Assembly: GCA_965644295.1 (NCBI GenBank) | Contig: CBFFRP010000442.1 | Location: forward strand, 86,941 to 150,940 | DNA from: Paraphysomonas bandaiensis | Taxonomy: Eukaryota; Protista; Chrysophyceae | Direction of reading: 5' to 3' | Length of the DNA: 64,000 bases | In this document: one piece after another, positions 1 through 12,385 of the stretch | Layout: each line of letters opens with the position of its first letter | Numbering within the stretch: the first letter of the stretch is position 1 | Notes under the pieces: model-generated | Told to the model about the DNA's origin: nothing | Seen by the model: the letters and a program-made list of their open reading frames with translations, nothing else | Databases searched by the model: none | Program-made: the position numbers and the translations under genes

Positions 1-2946
1 GCATTTGAGCGAGTAAGTCCAGTGGTGTCGACACTGCTCCGCCGTGCGCTGATGATTCATCGCGTCTGCCACTCGAGCCCAGTCCACGGAGGTCGCCCCC
101 TCTCTACTTTCTTCAGCATGAAGTGCTTCGATTAGACGTTGGTCCTCTTCCGCACTCCAGGCCCCACTCTTAATCTGTGCACCATCCAACTTATGTGGAC
201 AGCTGAGCCAACGGCGCCTGCATTGAGATGACGTACGAGATCCCCCCATAAGACGAGACACTGCGGCGAATGATATCGACTCTGATCCCGGATTCTTCTC
301 CTGTAAACTTTTAACCGCGGCTAACAGCTGGGCATCCTCATCAGCATCCCAGACGCCTACTCTTACCCCTGTACCCCTGTGCTTCAGATTGCTGCTCCAA
401 CGGTGCCGGCATTGCTGCTTACTCCGCTGACCACCCATCATACTCACAACCTTGTTCCAGTCGATATTGGGAAGCCCGTGTATCTGGGAGTTGGCATCTG
501 ACCCAACCTCGTCGAAATGCGATTCCACTGCTTCCATCAATCTCGCGTCTTCCTCAGCATCCCATGCTCCCGTTTTGAATGAACCAGGTGCGGGACTGTC
601 CCGGGACCAATGATCGCGACACTCCGTTGCGGTGCGCAGCCCACCCATCAGTGAACTCACATGATTCCAATCAACCTCACCATCAGCCCTACGCGATTCC
701 TCAGCTGCGTCCATCAGCTTCTCCTCCTAACCATATATCACCTTTATACACAATGGAGTGCAAGGACACAATACATACCTCCTCTCGTGACCACGCTGCT
801 CCCGACTCTGCTATAACAATGGGTCCTCCAGATATTCCATGTTGTGTAGATGAGTCATCATGACCAGGAATTGAACCCGATGTCTCAGCAATAGTAAATG
901 CTGTACCGTGATTTAGTTGCTGTGTCGGTTCTAGTGTAGCCACTGGACGCGCCTCCGCCGCTGCTGCTGCATCAAGAGCAGCCTGCCATCGCATGCTACA
1001 TTGATCCGCTGTCCGTCCTCCACCAACGTGGCTAGCTACTCCTTCCCAATTCACAAATCCGCGACCACCTGAGCCGTCCCCTTCAACAGGAGGCGTAAAA
1101 AAAAGACTCACGGCACCGTGGTAGAGTCGTTCGTCCTCCTCCACTGACCATTCCCGTTCAGCTTGTGCTACAGGGGGGGGCGCAGTGGCCAAAGTAAGCG
1201 CAGCATCATGCACTCTCACGATCCCTCTCCATCTTCGGCGGCACTGATCTACAGTCCTATTCCCACCGAGCATATCCACCACCGCTAACCAATCTATGGA
1301 TTTATACATGTACCCACTCGAGCTTTGCTTCGTCTGGTCCCCACTACAGGCTTTCACAGCTTCAGCGAGCTTCACCTCCTCCTCTTGAGTCCAACCCCCT
1401 GACTTCATCTCCCCTTTAATTTTGCTGCGGTATCTGAGGGAGTTCCGCCAGTGCAGCCGGCATTGCGTGGCATTCCGCTCGCCTTTCATGCTAGCACACA
1501 CTTGATTCCAGTCAACTGACCCATCCTTGTTACGATACTGCTGTACAGCCTCCACCATATGCGCGTCCTCCTCAGCTGTCCATGTGCCTGAGCGATGCTG
1601 TCCGGAGCCTGAATCCGACCCAAGTGATTTCATATACCGCCATCGGGCTTCACACTGATGTGCCGATCGGCCGCCCCCCATCTCACGTGATACGGCCTCC
1701 CAGTCTCTTTCTTCTTCCTCATCACTATCACTGCAATCACTGTCCCCTTCACTGTCACTGTCTTGGCAACTGTCGTCAGTCTTCTCACTTTTAACTGCTC
1801 TCGTGTCAAATTCCATTCCAATCTGTTCACCGTCCCCATCCCCTTTCCGATCAGCTTCTTTATTCTCCTCCTCTCGTTTCCGTTCTGTAGACGAGCATAT
1901 AGATCGTAGAAGTGAGTCCTATGAATCAGTCATAACAACTTCTAATTTGAATCCATGGCAGTGCAACACCGAGTTACCTCATCTGCAGACCAGGGACCAA
2001 GTCGTAAATCTGGATATTTTACTTTTAATGCTTTGTTCCACCGGTTTTTACACTGGGTAGTACTTCGGTTGCAGCCAGTGGCCTGTGACACAAGAACCCA
2101 ATTTATTGTGCCACTTGTGGGGTTCTGCATCTCAAAATCAAGGAGAGCCTTCATGAGAGCGTCATCCTGACCACAGTCATAACAACAGTAGGTACTCCTA
2201 TGCACAGCACATACCTCTTCCTTCTGCCAAGGGCCCTGTTGGCAACCCAATGAGCCGCTGCTAAGCATGCTGCTGTATCTGTGTCTGCACTGGTCGTAGC
2301 TGCGGGACCCGCCCAGCAGACAGGAGACCTTCGCCCAGTCAATGCTCCCTCTGTAGCCGGTCCCTTTAAACTGCTCAACACCCTGAAGCAGCAGCCGGTC
2401 CTCCTCTGCCGTCCAGAATTTGCTCTTGCGTTGATTCTGCAGATACATCCACCTCTTCTGACAGTCCACTTCACTGACAAGACCCTCTCGACACACAGCA
2501 GACACACTCTCACCGACACTCTTCCAGTCGATAAGTGCGATATCGGAGGGGGCCATGCTGCCGATAGCATTGAGAAGGGCTTTATCCTGTCGAGAGCTTA
2601 GTGACGAGTGGGAGTAGCACGTACATATATAACCATGTAGATACACAGGTACACATATGGGCAGGTACATCTCTATCTCTCATATACCATACCTCTTCTG
2701 CGGAAAATGCTCGAACTTTCTCCATCATCGATACCCCACTCGATACAGACGAAGTGTCCGTGCTGGACACCGCCTGTGTAGCACTACTAGACGCTCTGTG
2801 TAACAATGAGACGATTACAAACAAAAATAATATACGAACTCGGCACTTTCACTTCGACTTTCATTCGAAGATAAGCGAATTTTCTTCGAATTCGCTAATG
2901 AGATGACTTCATTATCCCAGGTCCTCTTGTTCGTGAACGAGGACAT
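1..2946 (-). CDS. Multi-repeat Myb/SANT protein (at least 11 repeats), spliced, 3' end beyond window
   Basis: ATG at 2946 (MSSFTNKR). Repeated W(T/S)xEED...(I/V)DWxxV...GGxRxxxQCRxRW units across ORFs 1942..2670 and 701..1816 and on the minus strand to base 1. GT-AG introns (e.g. 727..778) restore the frame. Confidence 0.9.
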
Positions 2947-3409
2947 AATATGACTGATCCAGACAGAGATGTAGTGTGTCCTGTGGTGCGGGTTGTGGTT
3001 TATGACACACGCCACGCCTGCAACCTCGACCTACTCAGCACTATACGGTACATACTACTCTATGTGTATACATACATACAGTACACACACACCCACACTG
3101 CTGCACACAACTACCATACAGCAGAACCCACACACCACACACACCACTCAACAATACTGGAATACAAATACCGAAATACAACACAGTGCACTGTGGTAGG
3201 TATACCATGGTATACATAGGTATACGGCGTATATCGGATATCTCGCTCCATGCAAAGCGGATCTTACTGCAGCGAAACCCAAGCAACTCATTAACAGACT
3301 AGCGCAGCACACCGCGACATATTTACATAACCCACCCCCGTGTTGTTCTGCGTGTGGACTGCAACTGAGATGATCCCCTCAAGGTAAGGGTGTGGTTCCG
3401 CGTGTTGTT

Positions 3410-4975
3410 ATGCCAGAATCCAGTCCTCCAGACCCCAAACATCGCAATCAATCTCAACAAGAGGCTATGGTCAAATCACAGACTATCGATGATGTGCTTG
3501 ACGATATCGGGCTCTCAAAATTTCATTATATAACTTTTATTTTTTGTGGTTTGAGGTAACTGAAAGTGTCGATACAGCATCACTTCATTTATTTTGTCTG
3601 CAGTTTTATGGGCATGGCAACTGAAATATTTCTCATGTCGTATTTATCGGAATGTCTTACTCAGAATTGGGATCTGACCAGTTCTGAAGAGGCATCTTTG
3701 TCTTCAGTTGTTTTTGCTGGTCAGATATTCGGAGCCGTTCTGTGGGGAACCATTGGCGATATCTGTGGCCGCAAAAAGGCATTACTCTATTCTCAGTTGG
3801 CAACAGTGGTGAGTGGCTTCGCGACCCAGCTCTCACCGAACTACGTTATACTGACTGTGATGCGATTCATTGTGGGTGTGGGTACGGGTGGTCTTATGCT
3901 TCCCATCAACTACCTTGCAGAGCTATGTCCCGCGAAGTCCCGTGGCGTTCTGGTATCCTCCGTTGGTTTCTTTTGGGCGGCTGGCAATATCTACGTTGCT
4001 TTATTTGCGTGGGTTTCGCTTCCAACTGATGAATACAGAGGTTGGCGAACACTATCATTCGTTTGCATGGTACCAATTGCAATGGCTGCGATATGCTCCT
4101 TTTATTTCCCGGAAAGTCCCCGTTGGCTGCTGTCTCGTGGACGAGACGGGGAAGCAGTTAACGTGCTAAAAGGGATAGCTCAATTGGCGGGTAGTCAACT
4201 CGAGCCCTTCAAGTTGGTGGGGGTCATTCCCGGAGGGCAGGAGCGAACACTTGAGAGTGCCTCTTTGTGGGACCTCTTAGGGCGAGAGTACTGGAACACT
4301 AATATCAGAGTATGGATAATATGGTCGTGTGTTGGGTTTAGTTACTACGGCCTAGTTCTTTTTCTGACACGGGTGTTCGAGAAAGATGACAATGATGATG
4401 ATGATGATATTTCAGGTAGCAATAGGTGCAAATTCAAGTTCCTGTCTATGTTCATCAGTGCACTAGCTGAGATCCCTGCAGCTGCTGCCCCACTTGTACT
4501 GCTTCATCGATTTGGGCGCAATACACTGCAATCATTTTTTTGTGTGTTGGGGGCACTATCTTGTATTTGTCTGGGTGTGACACGGAGGGATGCTGGTCGA
4601 ACATTGTTCGCATTTGTCGGGCGGGCTGTGCTGCGGTCTGCTTTCAATGTGGCAATTGTAGCTGTGACCGAATTGTATCCTACGCATATGCGCACATTCG
4701 CAGCTTGCATGGCAGTATTCATGTCTCGTCTGGGTGCCTTTTTGTCCCCCTATCTGGTGCTTCGTGATGATGTGTCTGTACTACAAAGCTCATTTGGACT
4801 CGCGACTACTTCTCTTGTCATGGGTGCTGTTGCCTTTATGACTCCTGACACTAGAGACATGCACCTGGATGAACGTATATCTGAAGTAGATATAAAGGAG
4901 CGTTTCAGTAGTATGTCTTTTAGTCGTAACAGTATGGATGTGGGCCTCGTTATTAGAAACCCTATTTCAACGTAA
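3410..4975 (+). CDS. MFS transporter, SV2/SVOP/organic-cation type
   Basis: First exon MVKSQTIDDVLDDIGLSKFH (start 3410 or 3467), intron ~3556..3603. Motifs GDICGRKK, PESPRWL, TELYPTHMR and ~12 hydrophobic segments. Confidence 0.9.
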
Positions 4976-7028
4976 AGTACGGAATCTGAAAGAAAATTGT
5001 CATTTCTGGTAGTTGCCAATCTAGACTATGAATATGTATATTTTCAGTTATTACAATGTTTTATGCATATGTAGTTGTATATATGATATGATGGGTGTTA
5101 GTTGGGTGAACTATCAATACTAAGAAATATCCTATCACCTTTTTAATAAGCGCAACGATGTCATTCTTATAATAACAGTGTTCAGCTGTGGTCTCTTATC
5201 GTAAGTGTAATTGTTGAAAATTGCTCCAGAGGGATATGTGTACTAGCAAGTCATTTGCTTCCCCACGTGTTGCGTAAGAGTTATGATACAACGTATAGAT
5301 TTCATAATGAACTTATCCCCAATTCCTTTGTCTTGAAATGTCACTGTTTAACCGGTAGTTCGTTTCATCAAAAAATCATATCATCTCCGGAAAAGTATAG
5401 CATTTTAATACCCCGGAGGTTATACACAACCACAATTATTACAACACCCAACACCCGCCAACCTCGATAAACTTCGGCCTTACTAAACGTGACATAATGA
5501 GTGTAAGCTGCTATTACTATGGCATAAGCGAAGCAGTCCCTTGTACAGAAATGTCCTAGTTTTAAAAATTCCTTCGCAGGGATTATTAGAATTTAGTATG
5601 TGTGTAACTTCAAGACAATGTACGAGAATACAGTGAAATATGGTGATGTACAAATGCTGTGATGATACTGAGAAACTGAAATAGTTTGATCTTTCAAGAT
5701 ATATTTGGTAACGAGAGGTTTACATATGTAGGAGATTATGCGTGGAAAAAATGAGATTGTGTTGTTTGTCACAATTCGTGTAAACGATATTAATTAATCT
5801 ATCTATAGTCTAACGACAAATTCTCTCTGAGATCTACTAGTTAAGAATGAGCTATTTCCAACAGGGATGATGGAGCTTTCAGCTAGTAGCTCGACACCAG
5901 CAGCTGGGTATTTGCAATATCATATGTATTATTCTTTGATAATTACTTCATATATTATACAGATGACGGAGAAGCACAGGTGGTATACGGTATACATTAT
6001 CTTCACCAAAAAAGTAGCAACACTGGCAGAATAGAAAATTAGATTACTTTTAGAGATATAAGATAAATGCGCCAAAACTGTTGAAAAAAGAAACCCAAAA
6101 TTTAATAACGGGTAGCAATATAATTTAACGTAACATTAAAAAAAAGTGCTGTCCTATAGTTATATTTAACCACGGGCAATAAGGAGTCTATATCGTCCCG
6201 CGCTCAAAATTGTAGCTTATCCTCATGACGTTGAAAAGTTAATATTAGATTGTATAGCTATTTGTAGCATGCTTGCTGTATTAAGAAATAGATGTTCCTT
6301 GATTAACATTAATAACACAAATGAGAACTCATATAGTTTCAAATGAATGATATGTATACTGTAAGTGTGATGATAAATGTAAACAGTTGAAGATAAAAGA
6401 GAGGCTTCTTATTGACTTATAATTAGCATCATCATCACATTTATATACAGCAGGCTTTACCTCTGCAAGTGCACCTGATCGAAAGATGTGTGTATGATAC
6501 GAAACACACAATATCCTAAGAAGCATGATATGGCTCCAACCCTGAAAGAACTGGGTGCCACTGCTCCTAACCACCTATATAGCATCAGATATGGTACTTA
6601 AACTCTCCTGTAATATTCTTGAAGTTGTTTCGAAGTCCTGGATATGAAGACAGATCACTTGCACTGACCTCATTATGATCTTCTACAGCAGTCGAAGGAT
6701 GGAATATAACCTGGAGTGTTAGATGATCTGCTCTTGATATTTCTCTATAATTGTGTACTATAATGAAATCACGTACATTCGACTGTCATTATCATAATGA
6801 AGATAGAAGTGAGCTTCTGTTCAACCGAATATTGAAGTTGAATGTCTATATTTGCCCGGTGCTGATATGAGCGCCCTGTTGAGCCCAAATCAGGTAAAAA
6901 AAAGCATTTTTTGAGACAAAATGGGGATAATAGTATATATATTTCGCAGCAGGCAAATTATATTATTACTCGTGTTTATTTGTATTCATCGAAATAATTC
7001 TATTTTACCAAATGCTACCATACCCTAC

Positions 7029-8393
7029 TTATAATTCAGAATATTTCTTATTTTGTTGTCGACTCTGTCGCCAATGTAAATATTGAAAAATTCGATCTAA
7101 TTCTGGAAAAATAGCTTTCCCGAATGCTTCATATGAGTATTGTTGTACCATTTCCTGTCTAGCCACGAGTCCTTTCCTCATCACCTCCTCTGGATGTAAT
7201 AGAACGTGTCGCATGAGAAATTGAAGGTGTGCGAGAGATGGTTCTGCCCACTTATGGCCCGTCCACCCTTGCGCATCTACCAGGCCTTCTACAGCAAGCG
7301 GATACCCGTTCCGCTCCGTTAAATATCCAGTTACCCCACTCCAATTGGTGGCAATCACAGGAGTACCACACGCCATGCTCTCCACGTGAGGGCGACCCCA
7401 TCCCTCTCCTCTGGAGGGAATAACTAGAACCCCTGAGGCCCTGTACAGTGCTGGCATAGTTGCTTGAGGTACCTCTGATAGAAGGACTATGCGACGTAGT
7501 AACTGCTCTGCAGAACCAGAAGTGAGAAATCCTTCTCTACGCAAAAAATCCTCTGCTTCGCGTCTGAACTCGGTCGTGGAATGATAAGCGCTGGTCACGA
7601 CCACCAATAGTACCTCCTCATATGAATCAAGCCCTGAAGTGAATTCGTTAAAGAAAGCTCGAAGGAGTATATGAACTCCTTTGCGATGCTCCCATTTCCC
7701 CACAAAAAGAAAAGTAAAAGTACCCGAAGTAATTACAGGAATTTGGTCAGCCGGAAGCAATACATCGAGAACGTGCCCAATAGAATGTCCGGCCCGATGG
7801 CGTGTACCAGAATTGCTATCTGGAGAGAAAAACGTCGTGTCAACAGGTTCGGGAACTACAACCACTTTGGTAGCATTCACTCCACTCTTAATAAAGGCAT
7901 CCGCCGAAAATAACGTAGGGACCCATACTTCATCCATGGTATTGAGTCTATCCTGCCAACCAGTAGGAATTCGATCTGTCTCAAACATCGTGCGCCCAAT
8001 TTTATACTTTGCGTTGGCAGGAGGGCATCTTGAGGTATGATAGTGAGGGAATGGAGCATGCCACGCACCGGGCTCTGAATGACATACTACAACTTCATTA
8101 GAAACTGGAGCAATATTCCGCAGTCGCTGTAGCATTGATGCGTCCCCGCTGTCCATATTCTGGACAAACTTTTCATTGAAAGAATCGCCATGTTGAACAA
8201 TCCTCAATGAGGTCACGTTAGATAACACATGAGCGAAAGATATCGCCTCAGAGGAGTAACCTCCGCCAGAGAAGAACGGAGCGAACCATGCCAGGGCTTG
8301 TTTGTGGCTATGGCTGTGGTCATGGATGTGTTGAGGAGTCGCAGCAGAGCAGATGGGAATAACAACTGCACATATACACGATAAGAGTATCAT
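7029..8393 (-). CDS. Glycosyltransferase family 4 (GT-B), signal-peptide-like N-terminus
   Basis: FLFVGKWEHRKG and PSRGEGWGRPHVESMACGTPVIATNWSG (EX7E-type) motifs. Hydrophobic N-terminus from ATG 8393. Intronless. Confidence 0.9.
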   Translation of the reverse strand: MILLSCICAVVIPICSAATPQHIHDHSHSHKQALAWFAPFFSGGGYSSEAISFAHVLSNVTSLRIVQHGDSFNEKFVQNMDSGDASMLQRLRNIAPVSNEVVVCHSEPGAWHAPFPHYHTSRCPPANAKYKIGRTMFETDRIPTGWQDRLNTMDEVWVPTLFSADAFIKSGVNATKVVVVPEPVDTTFFSPDSNSGTRHRAGHSIGHVLDVLLPADQIPVITSGTFTFLFVGKWEHRKGVHILLRAFFNEFTSGLDSYEEVLLVVVTSAYHSTTEFRREAEDFLRREGFLTSGSAEQLLRRIVLLSEVPQATMPALYRASGVLVIPSRGEGWGRPHVESMACGTPVIATNWSGVTGYLTERNGYPLAVEGLVDAQGWTGHKWAEPSLAHLQFLMRHVLLHPEEVMRKGLVARQEMVQQYSYEAFGKAIFPELDRIFQYLHWRQSRQQNKKYSEL

Positions 8394-8642
8394 CACAATC
8401 AACTGACGCCTGATGACTGCTGTACACCGGCACATGCACTCAAAGCAAATCAACCCTCCAGCACCGCAGCATCATGTCGTACGATATCTTCTCATGCTCT
8501 AGCATCACATTCATCACATGAGCTCGAGTCACTGAGACATCTAGACATACTGCTGCTGCTGCTGTATGCACTGTATATAGATGTATACACAGCCTGCTGC
8601 TGATGATGTCTACCAGATGTACCTGCATAGTGTATGTATACA

Positions 8643-8726
8643 GCTGTACCTATGCATCATACTGCTGTACCTATGCATCATACTGCTGTACCTATGCATC
8701 ATACTGCTGTACCTATGCATCATACA
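8643..8726. repeat. 21-bp tandem repeat (GCTGTACCTATGCATCATACT) x4 in a divergent spacer
   Basis: Directly visible tandem copies. Confidence 0.9.
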
Positions 8727-8879
8727 GCACTGGGCGTCGGTTTCAATCATATGACCGTGTAGTTCACTGCTGCTGCATGACCATACAGCACACTTATTAA
8801 CGGCGGTCTCTATTGGGTTGTACACTCATTCCTTACACCATCACGTTCTCTTAAGTCCTATCATCTGTAGTTTATTATA

Positions 8880-9383
8880 ATGACTGCTGCCCAAGCTCAA
8901 GAGGCTCGTGATAGACTCCACGTGCACATGGCGGACATGGTGTCGTTCTTCGAGGAGGGAGGATGCGAGAAGAAGTCGCTGTCTCTGTTATCATCTGCGC
9001 TGGAGTCACATTCTCATTTTGACTTTCTGGAATTAGCAGAAGGCTACAGCAAGTGTATGGCATTTGTGGACCATGATGCCCTGGCACAAAAACTTGCCAC
9101 TCTATGGGCAGGAGTTGAACAGTTTTTGCTTCTAGATAAAAAAGCAATCAATCGGAAATTGCGAGTATTAGAGGAGGACAAGAAGTCAGACCCTGAGGTT
9201 ATTGCGAAGTTACACGCTAAGAAAGATGCCATTGACCAAGAGTTGGCGAGGGTTCTTATTCAGATAATTAAGTATAATTTGATCAACTCTGTCCCTGTCA
9301 AGCAGTTTTATGACAAGAATTATAATGCAATAGCGGAATATGACAAAAAGAAGGAGAGGGAAAAAGAACTGTCCGCAAAATGA
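8880..9383 (+). CDS. Hypothetical helical/coiled-coil protein, 167 aa
   Basis: Clean ATG-to-stop ORF with protein-like composition, divergent from the GT4 gene at typical spacing. No recognised domain. Confidence 0.7.
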   Translation: MTAAQAQEARDRLHVHMADMVSFFEEGGCEKKSLSLLSSALESHSHFDFLELAEGYSKCMAFVDHDALAQKLATLWAGVEQFLLLDKKAINRKLRVLEEDKKSDPEVIAKLHAKKDAIDQELARVLIQIIKYNLINSVPVKQFYDKNYNAIAEYDKKKEREKELSAK

Positions 9384-10079
9384 GTTGAGTGTATGTGAAT
9401 AGTAACTTGTTAGGTATTTTAATTTGAGTGGTGTGATATGTGCTAACGTATAATCATTTATGGTACTCCTCTGCCTGTATGCTTCTACGTATTACCTTAT
9501 GAACCTGCATTGAGATATCTATTTGTCATGATCGCTGGGTATTACCGCATAACCTATTTCCATACTTATCAGGGAAATTTGATGGATAGTGTAAATTAAA
9601 CAACTGAACTTTAAACTTACTCAATAAAGATCAATTAATAAACAATTGCGATAGACATCTCTCTTCATTTATGTCCTAACTGCTGTGTGTTGAGTATTGC
9701 TATTTTGAGCAATTAAAAGTTGTATCCCAGTCAATTGAATTATGACAATTAACGACGCATGTAATAAGGATATACATCAATTGGATTAGGAAACTGATAT
9801 ACTCTGACTTTATAAGATTGCGATTACCAAAGATACTATGAATTTGATTGGCAGTAGAGATAGAGACTGTTAGAATTGAACATTACACTGAAGTTAACCT
9901 TACCACACGCGAACTTTACATCTGCTTTGTTGCACACAACGACACAGCGTATTTTCATGGAAAAACTATAATTATTAATCTCAACAATTCACAACATATT
10001 CATGCATGTAACACCTAGTTAACATCTGTTCTCAGAAACATCTGCTTATCATATGATCACCAGTCACTCTTAGTGAATT

Positions 10080-10620
10080 TCTTATTACTAGTAATAGGCG
10101 TTTAAGATTTAACAGTCCGAACGTCCGAACGTTCGAACTAGTGTAGCAAACAATTTAACCAAGTAGTGCTTCATACTGATCTACGATATACACTAATAAA
10201 TTCTACGAAAGCGACTTGTCCGCCACGGTATGTACCAAGGTGCAACCACCTTCGCTCTATCACTCAAAGAAAACGTAGTGAGCAAGTGAGCAAGCAGAAT
10301 GTTTATATACCTGACATCTGCTGACTTCAGGATTTTTGAGTCCTTAAGGTGAGCAGCCCAGATGCTTGACTTCAGCAGGCAGCCCAATACCCCGGATGCC
10401 CTTGAGGTGGGCCATTCCCCGATGCCTGTTTATTTGTCAAGGACCAAAGACGACTACACAAGTGACACTTATTAGTGTCTCTTGTACCACACAAACATTG
10501 GGCAGAACAATATCTGCTGACTGCTGACTATATTTGCGGCTCACTTTACTGTGTCCTGGCACTTATCCCCCAGAACACCACGAGAAGGTGCGAGTCCGAC
10601 AAACATTGATAGAGTTAGCG
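10080..10620 (-). mobile_element. Unclassified dispersed repeat, copy A
   Basis: Shares CCAAGGTGCAACCAC...TGACTTCAGCAGGCAGCCCAATACCCCGGATGCC...AGGTGCGAGTCCGAC with 38370-38820 and, in reverse, 43060-43590. Confidence 0.8.
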
Positions 10621-11049
10621 GTTAGGGGATAGTAATTTCTAACAGATCCGCAAAAACTGTTGCCAATAGATGCACTAATAACTACAATATTGTTAAGCAA
10701 TAATAGCATTGCAATTACAATAGTATCATAACCACGAACCCTCCAACTATACCCACAGGAATATATCACCGTCCCGCAAAAAACCCTCTGTCCCTCGACA
10801 ACGGCGTCGTCTCCAGCAACTCTACCTATGCCCGAGGCCCAAACGGTGCACTGAGACAGTGCCACATTCCAACTCTCCACCCACCTCTCAGCCCACACAT
10901 CTAGCACTCGGTACACTCAGGAACCTACTACAGAACCCGGTACCTCCACAAAGCCCAGTGGAAACTCATCCCAAGGGGAGACCCCCTGATCACACGCGCC
11001 AGTGAGTCCTGGGACACACGATCATGGCGAACCTCACAAGCAACATTAA

Positions 11050-11235
11050 GAACGGAAGTGGTCGCACCTTGGTTCTTGCGGCGACACACAAGCAGCTTCT
11101 GTAGCGCTAAATAGTAGGATAATAGAGTTTGTGCTAATTAGTTATGGGTAGAGCTCAAAATAGTCTGTCTAGCATCAACTAGCCACTACATTGGTGCAGA
11201 TTTTTAACGCTTATTGCTAAATAACAAGACTTTCA
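11050..11235 (+). mobile_element. Unclassified dispersed repeat, terminal part (copy B), preceded by C-rich degenerate coding-like sequence from ~10730
   Basis: Reverse complement aligns with 29645-29840 over ~190 bp. Core AAGTGGTCGCACCTTGGTTCTTGCGGCGACACACAAGCAGCTTCTGTAGCG. Confidence 0.8.
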
Positions 11236-11285
11236 ATATATAGTATTATTTTAGCACAATTCAGAATTACAATTGGGAAATATTA

Positions 11286-11396
11286 TTCAACCTAGTCAAA
11301 TTGGTTGAATTACCTAGTCACGCTATTTTTGGTGGAATAACCTAGTCAAAGTAATAAATGACTCAACCTAGTCAACTTTGGTATTCAACCTAGTCG
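11286..11396. repeat. Five spaced copies of ACCTAGTC
   Basis: Copies near 11289, 11312, 11339, 11365 and 11387. Confidence 0.75.
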
Positions 11397-11866
11397 TTCT
11401 TATATCCATTGATTACACACTGTGACTGTCTAAGATACCATCTCACACCACACAATATATTAGTGGCTTACAGAGCATCAAAACAAACACTCAAACATAA
11501 CAATAAGCTCATATATACATATCTACATAACACAGATGTACGTGTATGTCTATCTAGCCTATCTGTAGCATGTATGCATATAGCGATGGGTCCCTGTGAG
11601 TGTTATGGGGAGGAGGGTCCATGAAGCTGTGGGTATAACTCACTCTATGATCCGCAGGACATCTTGAGATCTTCATATGCTGGGAGTGATGGCGCTCATC
11701 TTCCTTCACTTCAGCACTGAATGACTTCGATTGCTGCATTGGCTTTCAGGGGTGCATAAATCTCCCTATTTTTAGTCCAACGAAGAAAAAAAGGAGGTTT
11801 TCAGGGAACAAACTTCTAAAAGCAGCATCATTGAAGTGGACTGTAGAGCAGCACCAATCAGAACAT

Positions 11867-12004
11867 CAGCATCATGAGTGTGTCATCAGTCTTACAGCAT
11901 CATGAGTGTGTCATCAGTCTTACAGTATCATGAGTGTGTCGTCAGTCTTACAGTATCATGAGGAGTGTGTCATCAGTCTTACAGCATCATGAGTGTGTCA
12001 TCAG
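11867..12004. repeat. 28-bp minisatellite (CAGCATCATGAGTGTGTCATCAGTCTTA) x~5
   Basis: Directly visible tandem copies with few substitutions and one 3-bp insertion. Confidence 0.9.
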
Positions 12005-12385
12005 ATGAGGGCAATCTAATGAATACGTCGCAATAATAATGTGATTAGACATGCTGTGTCCTGCCACCTATCAGAGCCAGACGAGTTCAAGATAACAGGA
12101 CCCATAACCCTAACCCCACAATATATTATTAGTTGGAGATATCATTTCAACTTTGAATAGCTCGTGTATAATATTCGAAAGCTACGCTGTACAAGAAATA
12201 GAGGTACATCAAAAGCAGGAGGTGTGTTCGTCTCGAGCTTACTCGAAATATATATATTCGTAGATCAATACATAATTAGTCAATAATATTTAATACTGTC
12301 CCTAGTACATAGCATACGCGTTCACTAGACGTCTGTATAAAAAAATAAGCATTCGGAATGTATATGTTCGATCATCTCTCCACAA

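Noticed and set aside
5040-6900. Genes or LTRs in the AT-rich gap after the MFS gene
   Set aside because: Only short ORFs without motifs; probably old TE debris that I cannot classify.
8603-8825. ORFs with CCTYASY/MMHRYSS repeats
   Set aside because: Translations of the 21-bp tandem repeat in a spacer.
11286-12004. CRISPR-like appearance of spaced and tandem repeats
   Set aside because: Repeats are 8-10 bp or spacerless, there are no cas genes, and the context is eukaryotic.
12100-12118. CCCATAACCCTAACCCC telomere-like seed
   Set aside because: Only about two units; too short to interpret.
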